DNA of 64,000 bases from Prorocentrum cordatum (Eukaryota), in assembly GCA_963575745.1 (NCBI GenBank), contig CAUYUJ010000001.1:3286001-3350000 (forward strand), given 5' to 3'. Positions 1-12,593 of the stretch are shown piece after piece; position 1 is the stretch's first letter, and each line of letters starts with the position of its first letter. The notes under the pieces are model-generated. The model had not been told where the DNA came from and ran no database searches. It saw nothing but the letters and a program-made list of their open reading frames with translations. The translations under genes and the position numbers were made by a program.

Positions 1-194
1 TTTGTGGCGGCTGCCGTGCATGGTAGGCGTAACTTCAACCGTCGGCGTTGCTGCGCTCAGGCTCCGCACCTGACGCAGATGAAGACTGACTTGGCGATCT
101 CATTGGTGTCTAGGGTCCCTATCTGGTTGACAGCGACCAGCTAGTGCCCTGGAGGGTTTTGCATGTACTCCTTCAGGAAACATGCGGAGCCTTT

Positions 195-272
195 GAGGAG
201 AAGAAGGAGGGGGAGGAGCAGGAGCAGGAGGAGGAGGAGGAGGAGGAGGAGGAGGAGGAGGAGGATTGAGGA
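195..272. repeat. (GGA)n microsatellite
   Basis: Direct run of GGA/GAG triplets. Confidence 0.95.
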
Positions 273-719
273 GTCTCAGCCATAGGCGGAGCGCGCTCCG
301 ACAGTGGGAGCGAAGTCACTGGGACTTCCTTGGTCTGAGGCCAAGTAGCGGAGTGCCGCTCCGCAGAAGTGGACGCGTTAAGATCCAGAAAATTTCTGGA
401 GCCGAACCCTTAGAGAACCATTCGGATTGAGGATCGAGGGGTGGAGCAAGGGACCTGAGGACACTCCCACTCCGTGCCGAAGAGCACTGCGACGGATAGC
501 TTCTCGATTCCGGGGGGGGGGGGGGCGGAGCGCGGGGGCCGGAGCGTTTCGCCCTCTGGTTGCCTCACTGCGGAGGCGCCGTCTTGGAGGTCGCCCCGAA
601 GGACGGCCCCAAGTCCCAGACTTTGCGCCAGCGCATCAGCAACAAGGGCGTCTGGAAGGAGCGGGTACGCCAGGGGAGGAGGGATGGATGAGGAGGGGGC
701 GGGAGGTGGCAGGGAGGGC

Positions 720-1235
720 GATGATAGGATGATGCAGATATGGATAGATGGATGGATGGATGATGATGAGGATGAGGATGAAGCTGAGGCTCAGGCTGAT
801 GCTGATGCTGAGGATGAGGATAAGGATAAGGATGATGCTGATGATGATGATGATGATGATGACGACGATCATGATGCGGTTGATGATGATGGTTATGATG
901 ATGATGTTGATGCTGATGCTGCTGATGATGATTATGATGATGATGATGACGATGACGATGATCACGATGCCGATGATGTTGACGACGACGATGACGATGA
1001 CGATGACGGCGATGATGATGATGCTGATGATGGTGATGATGATTACGATGAGGATGAGGATGCTGATGATGATGCTGATGATGACGATGACGCTGCTGCT
1101 TATGCTGCTGATGATGATTATGGTGATGGTGATGGTGATGGTGATGATGTTGCTGCTGATGATGATGATGATGATGATGATGATAATGATGATAATGATG
1201 CTCGAGCTGATGATGACGATGCTGATGATGCTGCT

Positions 1236-1266
<31 letters not shown>

Positions 1267-1296
1267 ATGGTGGTGGTTGTGGTGGTTGTGGTGGTG
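720..1296. repeat. Degenerate (GAT)n/(GAC/GCT) trinucleotide tract
   Basis: About 570 bp of GAT-dominated triplets. It yields poly-D, poly-M, poly-H and poly-I ORFs in different frames. Confidence 0.93.
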
Positions 1297-3319
1297 AGCA
1301 GGAGGAGGAGGGGAAGGATGCCGCCTGCTGAAGGCCTTAGGCATATTGGGTACCACGATCCTGGGCGGCGGCTACGCGCGGCGCGCTCAGGTGCGCACCC
1401 GCCGTCAACGATATACGATTCCGCGCAGCCGCGCGAGACATACCGTGCCTCATGGCGTGTCAGTCTCTCAGTGTTCTTTCTCAGCGGGCCTCGGCAGCTG
1501 ATGACACACATTTAATATATTAGGATAGGTGGCGCGACCTCATAGTAGTCGCATGGTTTTTTGCAGACATCGTGACCATCAGCAATGGACTGGCGACGAA
1601 GAAAGCTACAGTCGACAGGACCGGACGCATAGTACGACTTCGCAGAACAAAAGAAATGCGGCGGTATTTGTGCTTTTGAAGCTCCAGCATTCGTCACATG
1701 TTGCCTATTATCTTGACGCGTCTACAACTTCCTCACTCTGCACCCAGTTTGCCGCCTCTGAATATTGTGCCGCCACCACCACTTTGGATCACGCCACCGT
1801 TGCCAACGCCTGCCGCGCCGTCCCCTCCACAGTGGACGGGAACATTCATCTGCAGCATACTTGTGGATTCTCTAGTGATCGCTCCACCAATGATCAAAGC
1901 GGAGTTCGCATCAAATGTTGTATCTTCGGATGCAGAAAACTCGCAGTGACTCTGGCATCGTCAGTTCTGAATGGTTCACATTGTGCGAGGCAGCCACGCA
2001 GCATTTTGCGAACGATGACGGGGCCAACCTGGATTATCATCTTACGGTTACACTCCAGGCGAAAACATGCCTGATTTAAACATGTTCAGTCCCCAATGCT
2101 TCATATGTTGAGTTTCCAGTGAGGCCAACAACTGGCGAATCTTCCATCGCTCGGTGAGCAGCTTACACGTTTGTATTGCCAATGCCTGCAAGGCTCAGCT
2201 TCTGCTTCGCTTGCGGTGGCTTTGCTGGCAAATGTGCGCACAACGAACGAATACGTTCGCATTGTAATCATGCTTGTTCGTCAGTATCGGGAGCCCGCAG
2301 GGCTTCGAGAGCGCATCGCCCAAACCAGCAACGTATGTTCGTCCACATAAATGTTCGATATGAGCAGTTTTCGCAGAACGAACACGCACCGACCTGGACA
2401 AGTTGGTCAACTCTGTTTGCAAAGGGTCCATCACATCATTTTGTCATACTTGTCTACTGCTTGTCGTGTCGACCCCTCGTCCTGACCTATATCTATCTCT
2501 CTGCGGGCGCTCGCCTTTCGCTTCTCTGGCTTTCTCTTCTTGGTAATGCTTGTTCGCCATGGGCTTACTCGTTCCCCTCTCTTCGATCCTGGCTTCCACT
2601 CGCCACGCCCACCTGAGCGCTGTGGATCTGGGCTCTTCGTCTTTCTTGTGTCACCCCCGGCACTTCCAAGCTGTGACTTTCTTTGGGACCAGATGCATTA
2701 TAACCAGGAGACATATCACGGCCGTGCGTTGAGAATGGTCGAGGCTACATGTTCTTGCTCGCCGCCCACGTCACTTCACCCACCGCCATCCGCACAGAGA
2801 ATACATCCTCCTACCTATGGTTATGATGTTCCAACCTACTTTAGCCTTGATTACCATAATGAATTTCGATCACCAGAATAAACCTATGGCTCACATCACC
2901 CGAGAAGGAGGAGGAGGAGGAGGAGGAGGAGGACGGCTTCGATTGCACTGCCAGTCTGGTTCGCTCGGAACCAGTTCGTAAACAGGCCCCGTCTACACAG
3001 ACTTTCGGTGGGGGCCGAGAAGCGAGGGGGAGGAAAAGGAGAGGAGTAGGATGAGGAGGAGGAGGACGAGGACGACGACGGTGAGGACACCGCTTCACTC
3101 GAGTACACCCACTGACCCTGGGTTAGATTAAGACACTCCCGAAGGGGCATCTATGCATTGGCCCCGCACTGGGCTTGTGAAGGAATTGGTTATCCGTAAG
3201 GGCTTCGCCCCCTGCCGCCGGCCCCCTCTCTCGGAGAATGGGCCATGGAAGAGCTAAGTCATGAGGCCTTGGCGCTGTCGTGAAGCAGTATCGAAACTTC
3301 ATGCGAAGCCGATTCGCAA

Positions 3320-4207
3320 TCAGCAAAACCAACTGATCACAAGAGGGGTTACCACACCTGGCGATTGGTAAGACGTGTATGGTTTACGGGCTTGGTTACC
3401 ACACCTTGCGATTAAAGGGCCGAGGGAGTTCTCGCAGTTTGGGTTACCACGCCTTGCGATGGATGTGCGTGAAGGGTGGCACCGAATTTCAGAAATGTGG
3501 CAAATCCCCTGTGTTTTTGGACCCTGACCCCGCGGATCTGCGTGAGGGGTGGCACCGAATTTCAGAAATGTGGCAAATCCCCTGTGTTTTTTTGGACCCT
3601 GACCCCGCGGATCTGCGTGAGGGGTGGCACCGAATTTCAGAAATGTGGCAAATCCCTTGTGTTTTTGGACCCTGACCCCGCGGATCTGCGTGAGGGGTGG
3701 CACCGAATTTCAGAAATGTAGCAAATCCATTGTGTTTTTGGACCCTGACCCCGCGGATCTGCGTGAGGGGTGGCACCGAATTTCAGAAATGTGGCAAATC
3801 CCTTGTGTTTTTGGACCCTGACCCCGCGGATCTGCGTGAGGGGTGGCACCGAATTTCAGAAATGTGGCAAATCCCTTGTGTTTTTGGACCCTGACCCCGC
3901 GGATCTGCGTGAGGGGTGGCACCGAATTTCAGAAATGTGGCAAATCCCCTGTGTTTTTGGACCCTGACCCCGCGGATCTGCGTGAGGGGTGTCGATTTCG
4001 AGCCCCCCCAGCAATTCAGACAACGCGCCCAGGAGACGCTAAAAATCTTGTTTGGGCCTCCCCTCCCCTCGCGCGGTCAATCAACTAGTTACAGTAACCA
4101 GCAAGAAGCAGAACTGCAACACTGGAAACTACAACCTACGACTGGTACAGGAAACTGCGAATCACGGTCCTACAGCCTGGTGGCCCCACAAGGGGGCCGG
4201 CGGATTA
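3320..4207 (+). mobile_element. Putative non-autonomous element carrying the 73-bp array and ending in hairpin + GGCGGATT
   Basis: The 3' end GGCCCC-ACAAG-GGGGCC-GGCGGATT (4181-4207) resembles the hairpin + GGCGAATT end at ~22191-22211. The left boundary is uncertain. Confidence 0.4.
3467..3990. repeat. Minisatellite, ~73-bp unit, about 7 near-identical copies
   Basis: Unit GCGTGAGGGGTGGCACCGAATTTCAGAAATGTGGCAAATCCCYTGTGTTTTTGGACCCTGACCCCGCGGATCT repeated head-to-tail with 1-3 differences per copy and no spacers. Confidence 0.97.
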
Positions 4208-4884
4208 GTTTTTGGTTGTCTGGCCCTCGATGACGGCTGAATGGAGGAGGGGGAGACGAGGTGGGAGGACGCTGAGCACCGCTTCATTCGGGTAGCTTCC
4301 GACCCTCGGTGAAGGCAGCGCCTTCTGAAGGGGCATATTTGCAAGGCCCCCCGCACGCTCGGGGAAAGGGCTGAAAGGACAGGGGCTCCCCGTTAGCTGA
4401 GTCTGCCGTGGTGATGTGAGTAGATATCCAGTTAGCCCCCTAGATTTCGCAGGCTTCTTTGTTTCCCTCCGCCCGAGTTCCCACCCTCCGACAAGCGCAG
4501 CGCATGCTTTCGTTTACGTGCTCGCCGCTGATCTGGTGGCCAAATTTTGTGCGATTGCGGCGTCGCGGCCAGCGCGGGATTGCCGCACTGGTTCGCTCAC
4601 TTCTGTGTTGCGGCGCCCCTGCGTAGAAGTGTATGCAGGTGGGCCACTGGCTGCGAGAGGACCCCCCCCTTGCTGCCGCCCCCGAGCTGCCGGCGTGCCT
4701 GGACACACGGCGCGTTTCTTCTTACAGTCGGGGCCCTGAAGAAGGAACCCTTTTCGTTGGGGAGGGGCTCCGCGTTCCTTGATTGTTTCACAGCTTGCCT
4801 CAGGTTTTCCTTATGTTTTCGACCAGAAATCGAAGGTTCACTTATGGAAAAAAGGGGCCTCGTTCCTTATTTAGGGCTCCTCAG

Positions 4885-5593
4885 GTCAACGCCCCGCCTG
4901 TATTCCGTGCCCTCCCCCGAGGAGACGCTCCGGCCCATCCAGGGCGAGTCCGACAAGCGCGGGTGAGGGCGCCCTCGCGCCGCGGGCGCCGCGGGTGGCG
5001 GCGCGTGGCCCGAGATGTCGGGCACCTCTCGGGGCGACGGTGGCCGGGGGGGGGGGCGACTCTACCCATTGGCTGCAGCGTTCGTGCTCGAACAAGCCAG
5101 AACGTGCAACGCGCAGCAGCAGCAGCCGTGGGGCACACGGGAAGAGGGAGAGATGCATGGAGACGTAGAGAGGCCCAGAAGTCCTGCTCCTCGCACTCCT
5201 CCCCCCGCCCTGCTGCTCCAGCTGCTCCTCATCCCGCTTCCGTTTTTCCACCGCCCGCTGCTTCCATTGCTGCTCTTGCAGTTCCTGCCGCTGCCGCTGC
5301 CGGTGCCGCTGCTCTGGCCGGTGTGCGCGCTCGGGCGCACAGAAATCGGGAGGCGGCCTGTCAAGGCCCGCTTGTTGCAGGGGGGACGCCGAAGATGGCC
5401 TCCCCCCCCGGAGCTGCGCCGCCTGATGGCCGCTCATGGGAGGGCCCCGCGAGTGCCTGGCGCTTTGTTTTTCTTCTGTTGTGTTTGTTGTTCCGTTCGT
5501 CCGTGCATGGGCGGGGGGCAGGTTTGGCCCGCCCCACCCGCTGTCCGTCTCCGCCCACAGACCCGGCGCCAGCAGTCATCCTCCTCCTTCTCT

Positions 5594-5625
<32 letters not shown>

Positions 5626-7073
5626 CTCCTCCCTCCTCCCCCCTCCCTCCTTTTCCTCCCTCTTCCTTCCTCCACCCCCTCCTCTTCTCCCTCCTCCCTC
5701 CTCCCTCCTCCGTCCCTCTTTCCTCCCTCCTCCTTCTGCAAAGCTCTCTCTATTCCACACGTCCGTGCATGGGGCGGCTTCCCCGGGACCCCTGCTGGCC
5801 AGACTCCGAGCAGGACTGCGCTTTTCCCTCCCCCGCCGGACCGCTCGCGGCCTCCTGTCGTCAGGAGGGGAAAAAACGCAGACACAATGAATCGTCGATT
5901 CCCAAGAAAGTAGCGGAAAATAAGGGGATTGGGGGGAAGACATAAACCCAGAAAACATGGGAAAATATGGGGAATCCTTTTTAATTGTGTGTATTTATTC
6001 GTGTTTCCCGGGGCCCCTTCCTGTCGTGCCGCCAGCAGATCGCGCGCCCCACGCGGTGCCCCGCGGTGGCCCCGCGGCCGCGGCCCTGCGGGACCTCGCG
6101 CAGACCTCCCGGGCACCCCCGCGTGCCCTGGCAGACGGAGGGGGCGCCACGTGCGCCGCGTGCGCCCTCCTGCTCCAGGACCGGCGGCAGCTTTTGTTCG
6201 AGCAGCGCTTCGGTAATTAGAGGGCCCTGGCACGGGCAGGGGAGGACGACAGGACGACAGGAGAGTCCCACAAGGGGGAGCCCTGGACCGCCCTCGCACC
6301 CAGGCTGAGGCAAAAGAGAGCACGGAGACGAGGAGAGAGAGCGAAGCGGAGCCCGGAGGGAGCACGACGTGCCCCCCGTACCGGGAGCTCCAGGAGAGCG
6401 AGCTTCGGTACCGGTGCGCGCCGCGCATGCGAGCGGGAACGGGGCGAAGCTGCGCGAGGGCGCAGGTCGGGAGACTGTTCATGGGGGGGGGATCCCATGG
6501 GGGGATAGGACCCCAGGGGATCCCATAGGATCCCCTGGGGATCCCATGGAGAGTCTCCCGAGCAGGGGGGGGCGGGGGAGCCCTGGACCGCACAGTCCAG
6601 CGGCCGCTTCGCCCGAGACTTCCTCGCAGGTTGTCCACGAGCCGTCCCCTCGCCTCGGTGCCGAGCCCATCTCTGGTACAGGCGGCCACGGTCCCCGTCA
6701 ACAGACACGCCGAGGTGCGCGTGGCCGTGGCCTCCTCCCCTGCCCCCCGAAGCCGACTATGGGCACGTTTTTGACAGCTGTTGAATAGCTTTGAATATGT
6801 TTCATTTGCATCAGAAATCCGCCTGGAGGAGGACATGCCCGACCTAAGACTGCGATCAAGACTGAACGCGGAAACGTAGGTGGCGATCGTGACCGCTATT
6901 GTGGTGCTTCGCTGGGCCAGTTGGGTGGTCGCTGGTCCCCTCCATGTTCGGGGGAGCCCGCGGAGGCCTCCGGGGGCGACCTCCCGAGGCCCCTGTCGCA
7001 GCGAGGTCTGCGCTTGCAGGCGCGCATCTGCCACGGCGGGGGCAGATCACATGCTGGCCAAGATGACGTCCAG
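4885..7073 (+). CDS. Candidate exons of a spliced hypothetical gene (4885-4962?, 6039-6212, 6596-6629, 7020-7073)
   Basis: GC-rich segments bounded by CAG acceptors and GT/GA donors. The last three join in consistent phase (DRAPHAV...LLFEQRF|VQRPLRPRLPR|RRASATAGADHMLAKMTS). No recognisable domain. Confidence 0.3.
5861..6012 (+). mobile_element. Short interspersed AT-rich repeat (MITE-like), copy 1
   Basis: Homologous to 22961-23117 (shared CAGACACAAT..ATCGTCGAT..GAAAATATGGGGAAT..TTGTGTGTATTTATT) and, inverted and more decayed, to ~9890-10020. Confidence 0.7.
6740..6847. mobile_element. Truncated copy of the TTAAGTCGGG MITE family (right end only)
   Basis: GGACATGCCCGACCTAA at 6831-6847 is identical to the right end of the 15481-15649 MITE. 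Confidence 0.6.
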
Positions 7074-7082
7074 GAAAAGGAT

Positions 7083-7408
7083 GAGGAGGAGGAGGAGAAG
7101 GAGGAGGAGGAGGAGGAGGAGGAGGAGGAGGAGGAGGAGGGGGTACGACGGAGGCCGAGGAGGAGGAGGAAGAGGAGGAGGAGGAGGAGGAGCAGGAGGA
7201 GGAGGAGGAGGAGGAGGAGGAGGAGGAGGATGAGGAGGAGGAGGAGGAGGGGGAGGAGGGGGGGAGGAGAGGCAGGGGGGTGGGCCAGGGGGAGGAGCAG
7301 AGACGAGGAGGAGGGGGAGGAGAAGAGACGAGGAGGCGGGGGAGGAGGAGCAGGGAGGGAGGGAGGGAGGGAGGGAGGAGGAGCAGGAGGATCAGGAGGA
7401 AGAGGGAG
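7083..7408. repeat. (GGA)n microsatellite / purine tract
   Basis: Direct observation. Confidence 0.95.
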
Positions 7409-8453
7409 CTAGGCTTTTTTCAAAACGCGGCCGCTTTCACTCGAACCAGCTCCCTGTAGTCCGAGGTGCTGCCAGAGAGTCGTCTTCGCAGAGCGCCATC
7501 TGCGCAGACAGCAGCGCGACAAGATGCCGGCTGTTGGTATGCCACTCCTCTGCCTCACTTCCGTCCCTGAACCTCGAGCGCAATTTTTGCCCCTCGACCA
7601 GAGCTCACGGTGGCCCGTGTCCAGTCAGAAGTTCTGGCGGCCAGAATTGAGGACTTCACCAGCGAGTCTGGACAGGGGGTTGCGACAAGGAGCTTCTTGG
7701 AACGTCGTATTGTGGCTCCCGTTACTCCACTGTTCGAGACAAGCCGGCGATTTTGTTCTGCTCACTTGGCTTCATTTCTTTTTGTCTGGCTATACTTATA
7801 CCGCCCGAGCTGCTTGCAACAGCTCTACAGGAGGAGTGGAAGAAGGATGGGAAAGGGGAGGGGGAAAAAGTACTCAGGGGAAAACAAGACACTGGGGGGT
7901 TCAGGAGGCACTCGCGTCAGGAGGCACTCGCGTGTTGAGGTTTGTAGTGAGCGTATTCTATTCTTTTGTCAGGTCGGGTTCGGCGCGCGCACCCATTGCT
8001 GCGCGAGTCGCACAGCGGACATGAAGCCGGTCGTCCTGACAAGACACTTCGTGGCTGCATTTCTTCCTCCCGTCTTTCACATCCTCCTTTCTCTGCAGGG
8101 CTGGCACGCTACGCCGTGGCTTTTCAGGCTCAAGCGACCTCGGCACGCGTCTCGCACGCTAGACTTGCTTCCCGCTCGGAACAGGCACGTTGCCTTTCTC
8201 ACAGCTTGCGATCGTATCTCAGTCTGCTGTCCTGGCATCCTGACCTATGTATGTTGCTCCGAGGTGTACTCAGTGTTACAGGCGTGCTAGCCGGAGAGGT
8301 TCGATTCCCGGCCTGCGCGTGAACCGTAGAGCCAGGGCATTTTGGGCGATGCTAGGTGTGGCTGTGCAGCGCCCTTGGTGCTCAGTCTTGACCTGGCATG
8401 ACAGCGTAGGGGGCCAGGCGGACGGGGAATGAACTTGGCGGACGTATCTTTGT

Positions 8454-9130
8454 CAAATGGCTTTCGGCCCATCCTGCCACCGTGCCTGGGTTGTGGGTGT
8501 ACCGTGGCTGAGTTGTGGGTATAAAGCTTCTTTGATATTCGTTGGGAGGGGGCCTCTTCGGGGGCCTCTTGGAGGCAGTCTTGAGGCCTCTTGGGGGCTG
8601 TTTTGGGGCCCCTTGGGACCTCTTGGGAGCCTCTTGGGGGCCTCTTGCGCTTGGGGGCCTCTTCAGGCCTCCTGGGGACTTCTTGAGGCGGAAGGCTTGG
8701 ACTTTCGGTTCGTGTTCCCTGTCTTGGGCCCGTTTGGGGGCCGTCTTGGGGCCCTCTTCGGCCGTCTTGGGCGCCCCTTGTGCCGTCTTGGGGCGCTCTT
8801 ACGCCGTCTTGGTGCCCTCTTGGAAGTCTCTTGGGCCGTCTTGGTGCGTCAGAATGCCGAAACTGCGAGAACGCCAAACTCCTCCAAACACCTGAGGGAA
8901 GTCAATGATTTGTGCCTGTTTGGGCAATCTTGGGAGGCCTCTTGGAGGCCTCTCGTGGCGTCTTGGAGGCCTCGTGGGCCATCTTGAGGCCATCTTGGGC
9001 GCCTTGGAGCGGTCGTTCGGCGACTCGGGGCCCTCTTGGATTCATGGGAGCGTTCGGGAGATCGTTTTTTTTTTGGGGGGGGGGCACAGCGTCCACAGGA
9101 GGTGCAGGAAACACCTCAGAACTTACAGTC
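8454..9130. mobile_element. TCTTGG-rich interspersed repeat
   Basis: Degenerate short-period (GGCCTCTTGGG-like) core shared with many blocks in the window. Hairpin-like end at 8455-8472. Confidence 0.7.
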
Positions 9131-10159
9131 TGGGCCCGTAATGCCTGGGAAACGACAGGTGCGGGCCCGTAAAGACTTACACTTCCCGCTGCAGCAGAGC
9201 AGCACAGCGTTTACCTCTCAGTGCTGCATGAGCATTGAGGCCCTCCATTTCGCGTCAGAGGCACGGTGGCGGCTCTTGGCGTGAGACCAAGAGCATCGGA
9301 GATACAATGCAAAGACGAGCGTCTCGGGTGTTGTCGCTGAAGTGGAAGCTTGGAGTCCGGGGCCGTGCTGGGAGATTTCCGGCTGCTCGCGGCAAGTCCA
9401 GGCAGCGCAGTTTCGAGATGGTTCCAGTTTTTTATCGTCCCGATGTTTGACTTTGATGGTTCGTCTTGAATGTTTGTTGGCTGGTCTGGCAGCCGGGGAG
9501 GCAGGGCGAACTCTCACAGCGCAGCGCCACGGGGCCTAGAGCCGCCGCTTGGAAGCTTCAGAAACTCCACCAAGCAGCCCAGGGGCATCTTCGCACGCCC
9601 TCAAGTGCGTGGGGGTACGATGTCAGATGTGATTTCAATCGTGTATGTACTGGCCATGGTCGTATGGTCGCCTCCGCGTCGAATGGGTGCCGATGTGAGA
9701 GAGTAATGCTGTCGTGCCAGCGGCGATCATCACCTGGCATAGTATGGGGAATGGCATACTTGGGCTACAGAGCAAGCAGAAGCAGAACTGGATTACGCAA
9801 TGTAAAGTGAATGCTGCCTTTGTCATGCCAATCTGAAACTAACGGGGGCTGGGGATGCTTTTGACGATTATGAATCATTAGAGGGGCCCAGGGGCACGCA
9901 CATAAGTAGACACAAATCCCAGGATTCCCAATCGTTTCCTTCATGTTCGGGGTTTTCGCATTCCCCCCCACTTCCATACTTCCCCATATCTTCCTAGCTT
10001 TTCCAGGGGTCTCGTTTTCTTCCTCTCTCTCTCACGCTCTTTTATGTTGTCATAGACCCAGCCAGCGGTGGGTCACAAACAGGTGTTCCCACTAATAAGC
10101 GCTCACAATTGTGATGTGCATCACGGTTTCTGTGATGTGCATAACGGGCTTGGGGATGC

Positions 10160-10355
10160 TTAGGAGGAGGACGAAGAATAGAGGAGGAGTACGAGGAGGG
10201 GGAGGAGGAGAGGGAGGAGGAGGAGCAGGAGGAGGAGGAGGAGGAGGAGGAGAAGGAGGAGGAGGAGGGTGTGAGAGAGGGAGGGAGGAGAGGAGGGAGG
10301 GAGGAGAGGAGGGAGAGGAGGAGAGGAGGGAGAGGAGGAGGAGGAGGAGGAGGAA
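10160..10355. repeat. (GGA)n-rich purine tract
   Basis: Direct observation. Confidence 0.9.
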
Positions 10356-11589
10356 TAATGAGGGGGAACTTGTTTGTCGCTTGCGTACGCCTCAGAGTGA
10401 CGACGTACCTTCGCAGATCGTTGCTGCAGCCACGCGCACATGCAATGTTTTTTGTGTGACCACCAACTGTCCCTCCGTGCCCACTGGTCTTTGCGTGTGG
10501 CCACTATGGCGCGTGCTAATCTTTCAATGTGGCCACTTTGGTGCCCATTGCGTCCGCTTGCCCTGTCGGAGAATGTGTTTTCGACGTCGTCTGGCCGCCC
10601 TCCGGGGCGTTGCTTTTCCTTGATGCCGTTGGCCCGAAACGATAGTGGGCACCATAGTTGTCACACCGCGTGCGTCTTAGTGGTCACTGTAATGGACGCC
10701 AGGCACGACCCACGAGGCGGGTCGCGCGGTGTTCACGGGTGCTCGGTGATCACAGGTGCACGATGCTCCCAGCCGCCCCCCCCCCCACGCACACACTGCA
10801 GGGAGGTCGGACCAAGGCCAGCTCTGCGCCAGTCGCCGCCAGCCCCGCGCTTGGTTCGCTCGCGATGGTGACGCCCAGGGCCTGGGCCCGCGGTGGCGGC
10901 GCGATTCGGCGGAGCCCCGCCCGCTGGGGTGGCTCCTTGGTGCGAGGTGTAAAACAAGAGGTCGTTTCATCGGTTGGGTTTCGCTCTGGATAATGCTTGG
11001 GGGTGGTGCGTGCGTGTGCCGCCTTCACTTCTGCCGCGAACGTGAAACCGTGGCTCTGGACGCGACGAGCCGGCAGCGCAAGCGGCGCAACGCCCGCCCT
11101 GGCAACGGATGGAGTCCCACAAAAGAGATGGAACCCGTGGACACCTATGTGGGGCGCGCAGCCCTTTCCCGCGGTCGGGGTTTGCGTTATTTGTTTTGGG
11201 GTTCTCTCTATGTCTGTCTACGTTCCATTCGCTCTCTGTCTCTGTCTCTTCCTCTCTCTCTCTCCCTGTCTCTCTCTCTCTCTCTCTTCTGGATTCTTAT
11301 CCGGCCACGCTTGCACTAGGGGAATCCTATCTCTGTACATACGTATTTGCCTCTCCTTTCATTTCGGCATTCGTTTTCGTTCCCATCCAAGTCGCCATTT
11401 CTGCCTGTTCGCATGTATTCAGTCGCGCGGGTATTCAGTGCCGCGCCGCTGGCAATGCTTTTTGCACCGTGCAACATCACGGCGGCGCAATGTACGTGTT
11501 GCAGTCGCTGTCTACGCGAGTTACATCGTGAGTGTTGTTTTGCAGGTGTCTAATTTTGGTGTTCCGACTTGCGCATCCGGTGCACTCGC

Positions 11590-12593
11590 GGGTCTCTCGG
11601 GGCCCTCTCCTTTTGGGCGTTTCCGTCGCTGTTGGCGCCGTCTGAGATGCCATCGACCAACGCCAGGAGCAACGCTGCCCCTCTGGAGCCCGAGAGATCC
11701 CCTTTTGGAACCACCTTGGGACGCGCTCTGGAGCGTTATTGGGGCCGTCGTGGGCTTGTTCTGGGCCCTTTGGGGGCTGTCGCATCGGGGCCATGTTGAA
11801 GCCTCGGAGGTCCTTCAGCAGCGAAGAGACGAGAATGGACACGCCAGTGATTTCCAGACGGCGTTTGAATGATTTTGGCCTCTCGGGGTCGCTTTGGGGC
11901 TTTGGGGCGCTTCGTGGCCACTCGGACCCGTTTTGCGGTGGTCCTGTGTCTTCGTTGGAGGCATGTTGGAAGATATCATGTGCCATATTGTACCATCTTG
12001 CGCCATGTTGGGCGCTATTTTGACCTACCTGAGGCCACAATGGAACCGCCTTTGGGTGTAGATTGCTTCTCTTGGGCCCGAGCAGTCGCCTCACGAGGTC
12101 CTCGTGGAACGTTCGTGGGCGCTCCAGGGGCCGTCTTGGAAACCCGTAGGGCCCCCCCTTCGGATCTTCTTGGGCGAGTCATCGTGAGGTTTCAACACCA
12201 ACTCAGAAGCGAAAAGGCGAGACATGGCATATGTGTTTCCTGAATTGTGTTCAAATGGTGCTGGCCTCCTGGACGTCTTCTTGGGAGGCTCCGTGAGTAC
12301 TGGGAACCGTCTTGGTGTGGACTCGGAGGGGTCTCCTAGAGGTATGTTGGATTGCATGTATGGCCACCTTGCACTAGTTTAATACATCCCGGAGGCCATT
12401 TTGAGCGATGCGAGGATCTCTTGGAGCCATATCGGGCCATGTCCGACGCTCTAACGCCTCGCGCCTCCCCTCCCTCTAAGCCCAGGGGAGGATGTATGTA
12501 TGGGGGGGGCGTCTTTATCCGAAGGTGAAGATGTGGGTTGGGCGAGGAAGAGGAACCTCTCAAACCACCTCGGCCCAAAGGGTTGGTGGGATT
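11590..12593 (-). mobile_element. Decayed copy of the CCCACCAGCCC (Helentron-like) family
   Basis: Ends in CCCAAAGGGTTGGTGGGATT (to 12593), the reverse complement of the family 5' terminus. Decayed TCTTGG core. Confidence 0.55.

Noticed and set aside
113..140. LSU rRNA-like GTCCCTATCT
   Set aside because: The match is only 10 nt and the flanks diverge.
455..490. Hammerhead ribozyme core (CTGAGGA..CGAA)
   Set aside because: No GAAA core and no convincing stems I and III.
474..1331. 285-aa Asp-rich ORF as a real gene
   Set aside because: It is a (GAT)n tract open in several frames on both strands. A similar tract occurs at 37882-38045.
3467..3990. CRISPR array
   Set aside because: Units are contiguous and near-identical with no unique spacers, and there are no cas genes.
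5361..7034. 557-aa minus-strand ORF
   Set aside because: It runs through microsatellites and interspersed repeats, stays open because of high GC, and has no domain signal.
7600..7750. DIRS recombinase N-terminal fragment (SFLERRIV..T)
   Set aside because: A single short motif with no supporting catalytic boxes nearby.
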